NCBI RefSeq assembly: GCF_004010195.1
Contig: NC_057752.1
Coordinates: forward strand, 14,537,355-14,558,138
Source: Chiloscyllium plagiosum
Taxonomy: Eukaryota
Length of the DNA stretch: 20,784 bases
Reading direction: 5' to 3'
The position numbers were made by a program, and so were the translations under genes. A model generated the notes under the pieces. The model did no database searches. It saw nothing but the letters and a program-made list of their open reading frames with translations, and was not told the origin of the DNA. This document shows positions 19,987 to 20,784 of the stretch, piece by piece (position 1 is the stretch's first letter; every line of letters begins with the position of its first letter).

Positions 19987-20212
19987 GTGTTGGGTGACAC
20001 TAGGCCAGCATTTATTGCCCATCCCTAATTGCCCACAGGCAGTTAAGAGTCAACTACATTGCTGTGGGTCTGGAGTCACATGTTGGCCCAGAGCAGGTGA
20101 GGTTGGCACTTCCCTGAAGGGCATGAGTGAACCAGATGGGCTTTTCCAACAATCAATTCATGGTTATCGTTAGACTTTTAATTCCAGATATTTGTTGAAT
20201 TCAAATTTCATC
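19987..20212 (-). mobile_element. Second SINE family copy (5'-truncated) with LINE family A tail
   Basis: Reverse complement of ~11385-11570 plus GGGCAATTAGGGATGGGCAATAAATGCTGGCC, matching the family A LINE 3' end. Confidence 0.88.
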
Positions 20213-20214
20213 AA

Positions 20215-20690
20215 CCAGGGAGACTTTCAACACGGCCAAATAACACGTTTTGTCGAAGGTGAAGTTAATGAGCTTGAGCATGTCACAGAACCGATTCTGA
20301 AGCTGTTGGATCTTTGTTAATACATTCTTTGTTAAGTTCAGGCACCTTCCCTTCACCCCTGTTCCTTCCTGCCTTGTCGACCCAAGTTGTCCTGTGCAAT
20401 TAAAAAGGGAATGTATTCAGAAAGTGCCTTAGTTTCTGTGCGTACTCTGACAGTTTTGTTGCCAGTTCAGTTTTATCGAACTGAAACGCACTCTACTTCC
20501 CCATGTGACTCACAATTCCGCATGGCAGCCCTCTTAGAACTCTTGGCAGTCAGCAGGAATTTGGTTTGCTTCCTTGAGAGAGAAGAATCCCACAGGGAAC
20601 TCTCAATCGGAATATTAATCAGTGAATGTATTGCTCGTCGACTCTGCTTCAAAACATTGAATCTGTTTCTCGATTCTACATAATGAGCGC
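20215..20690 (-). pseudogene. Probable decayed L1/Tx1-clade ORF2 remnant (RT thumb region)
   Basis: Minus frames: LPRVL...MGK*SAFQFDKTE (cf. FGxxSGxxINxxKTE), FLNTFPF, KNVLTKIQQLQNRF (cf. LLxKIxxxLxRW). Weak, by eye. Confidence 0.45.
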
Positions 20691-20708
20691 TGTGCTTGGA
20701 ATATCATT

Positions 20709-20784
20709 CCCCTCTCCCAATCCTCCGCTTCCTCCTCTCCCAATCCTCCCCTCCCCCCCTCGTAATCCTCCCCCCGCCCTCTCC
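20709..20784. repeat. C-rich low-complexity repeat, runs off window end
   Basis: CCTCTCCCAATCCTCC twice, then TAATCCTCCCCCCGCCC. Confidence 0.8.

Overview
Eukaryotic, repeat-saturated DNA, almost certainly from a cartilaginous fish (shark; the HE1/V-SINE-type elements with (TAATC)n or GATTCTA tails point that way by recollection, not by search). I find no intact host gene, rRNA, true tRNA gene or CRISPR array. Nearly all the ORFs in the track are pieces or antisense shadows of dead retroelements. Contents: (i) many fragments of two CR1/L2-group LINE families (A: APE+RT, 3' end GGGCAATAAATGCTGG plus A-rich tail; B: classic CR1/HER1-like); (ii) two tRNA-derived SINE families whose tails match those two LINEs; (iii) two tiny Penelope-type insertions with target-site duplications, one with a decayed hammerhead ribozyme; (iv) five heavily decayed L1/Tx1-clade ORF2 remnants, three of which share an oddly well-conserved, internally deleted block; (v) a ~38-40 bp degenerate satellite (GATGTGATCAATCACTGACATTGATCCAAT(GA)n) in three blocks over 12.8-18.7 kb, with a hairpin in each unit and a symmetric old-flank/young-core layout. 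The satellite and the triplicated L1 block are the most interesting observations; neither is evidence of a new system without the checks listed. Boundaries are by eye (roughly +/-20 bp unless a TSD fixes them).
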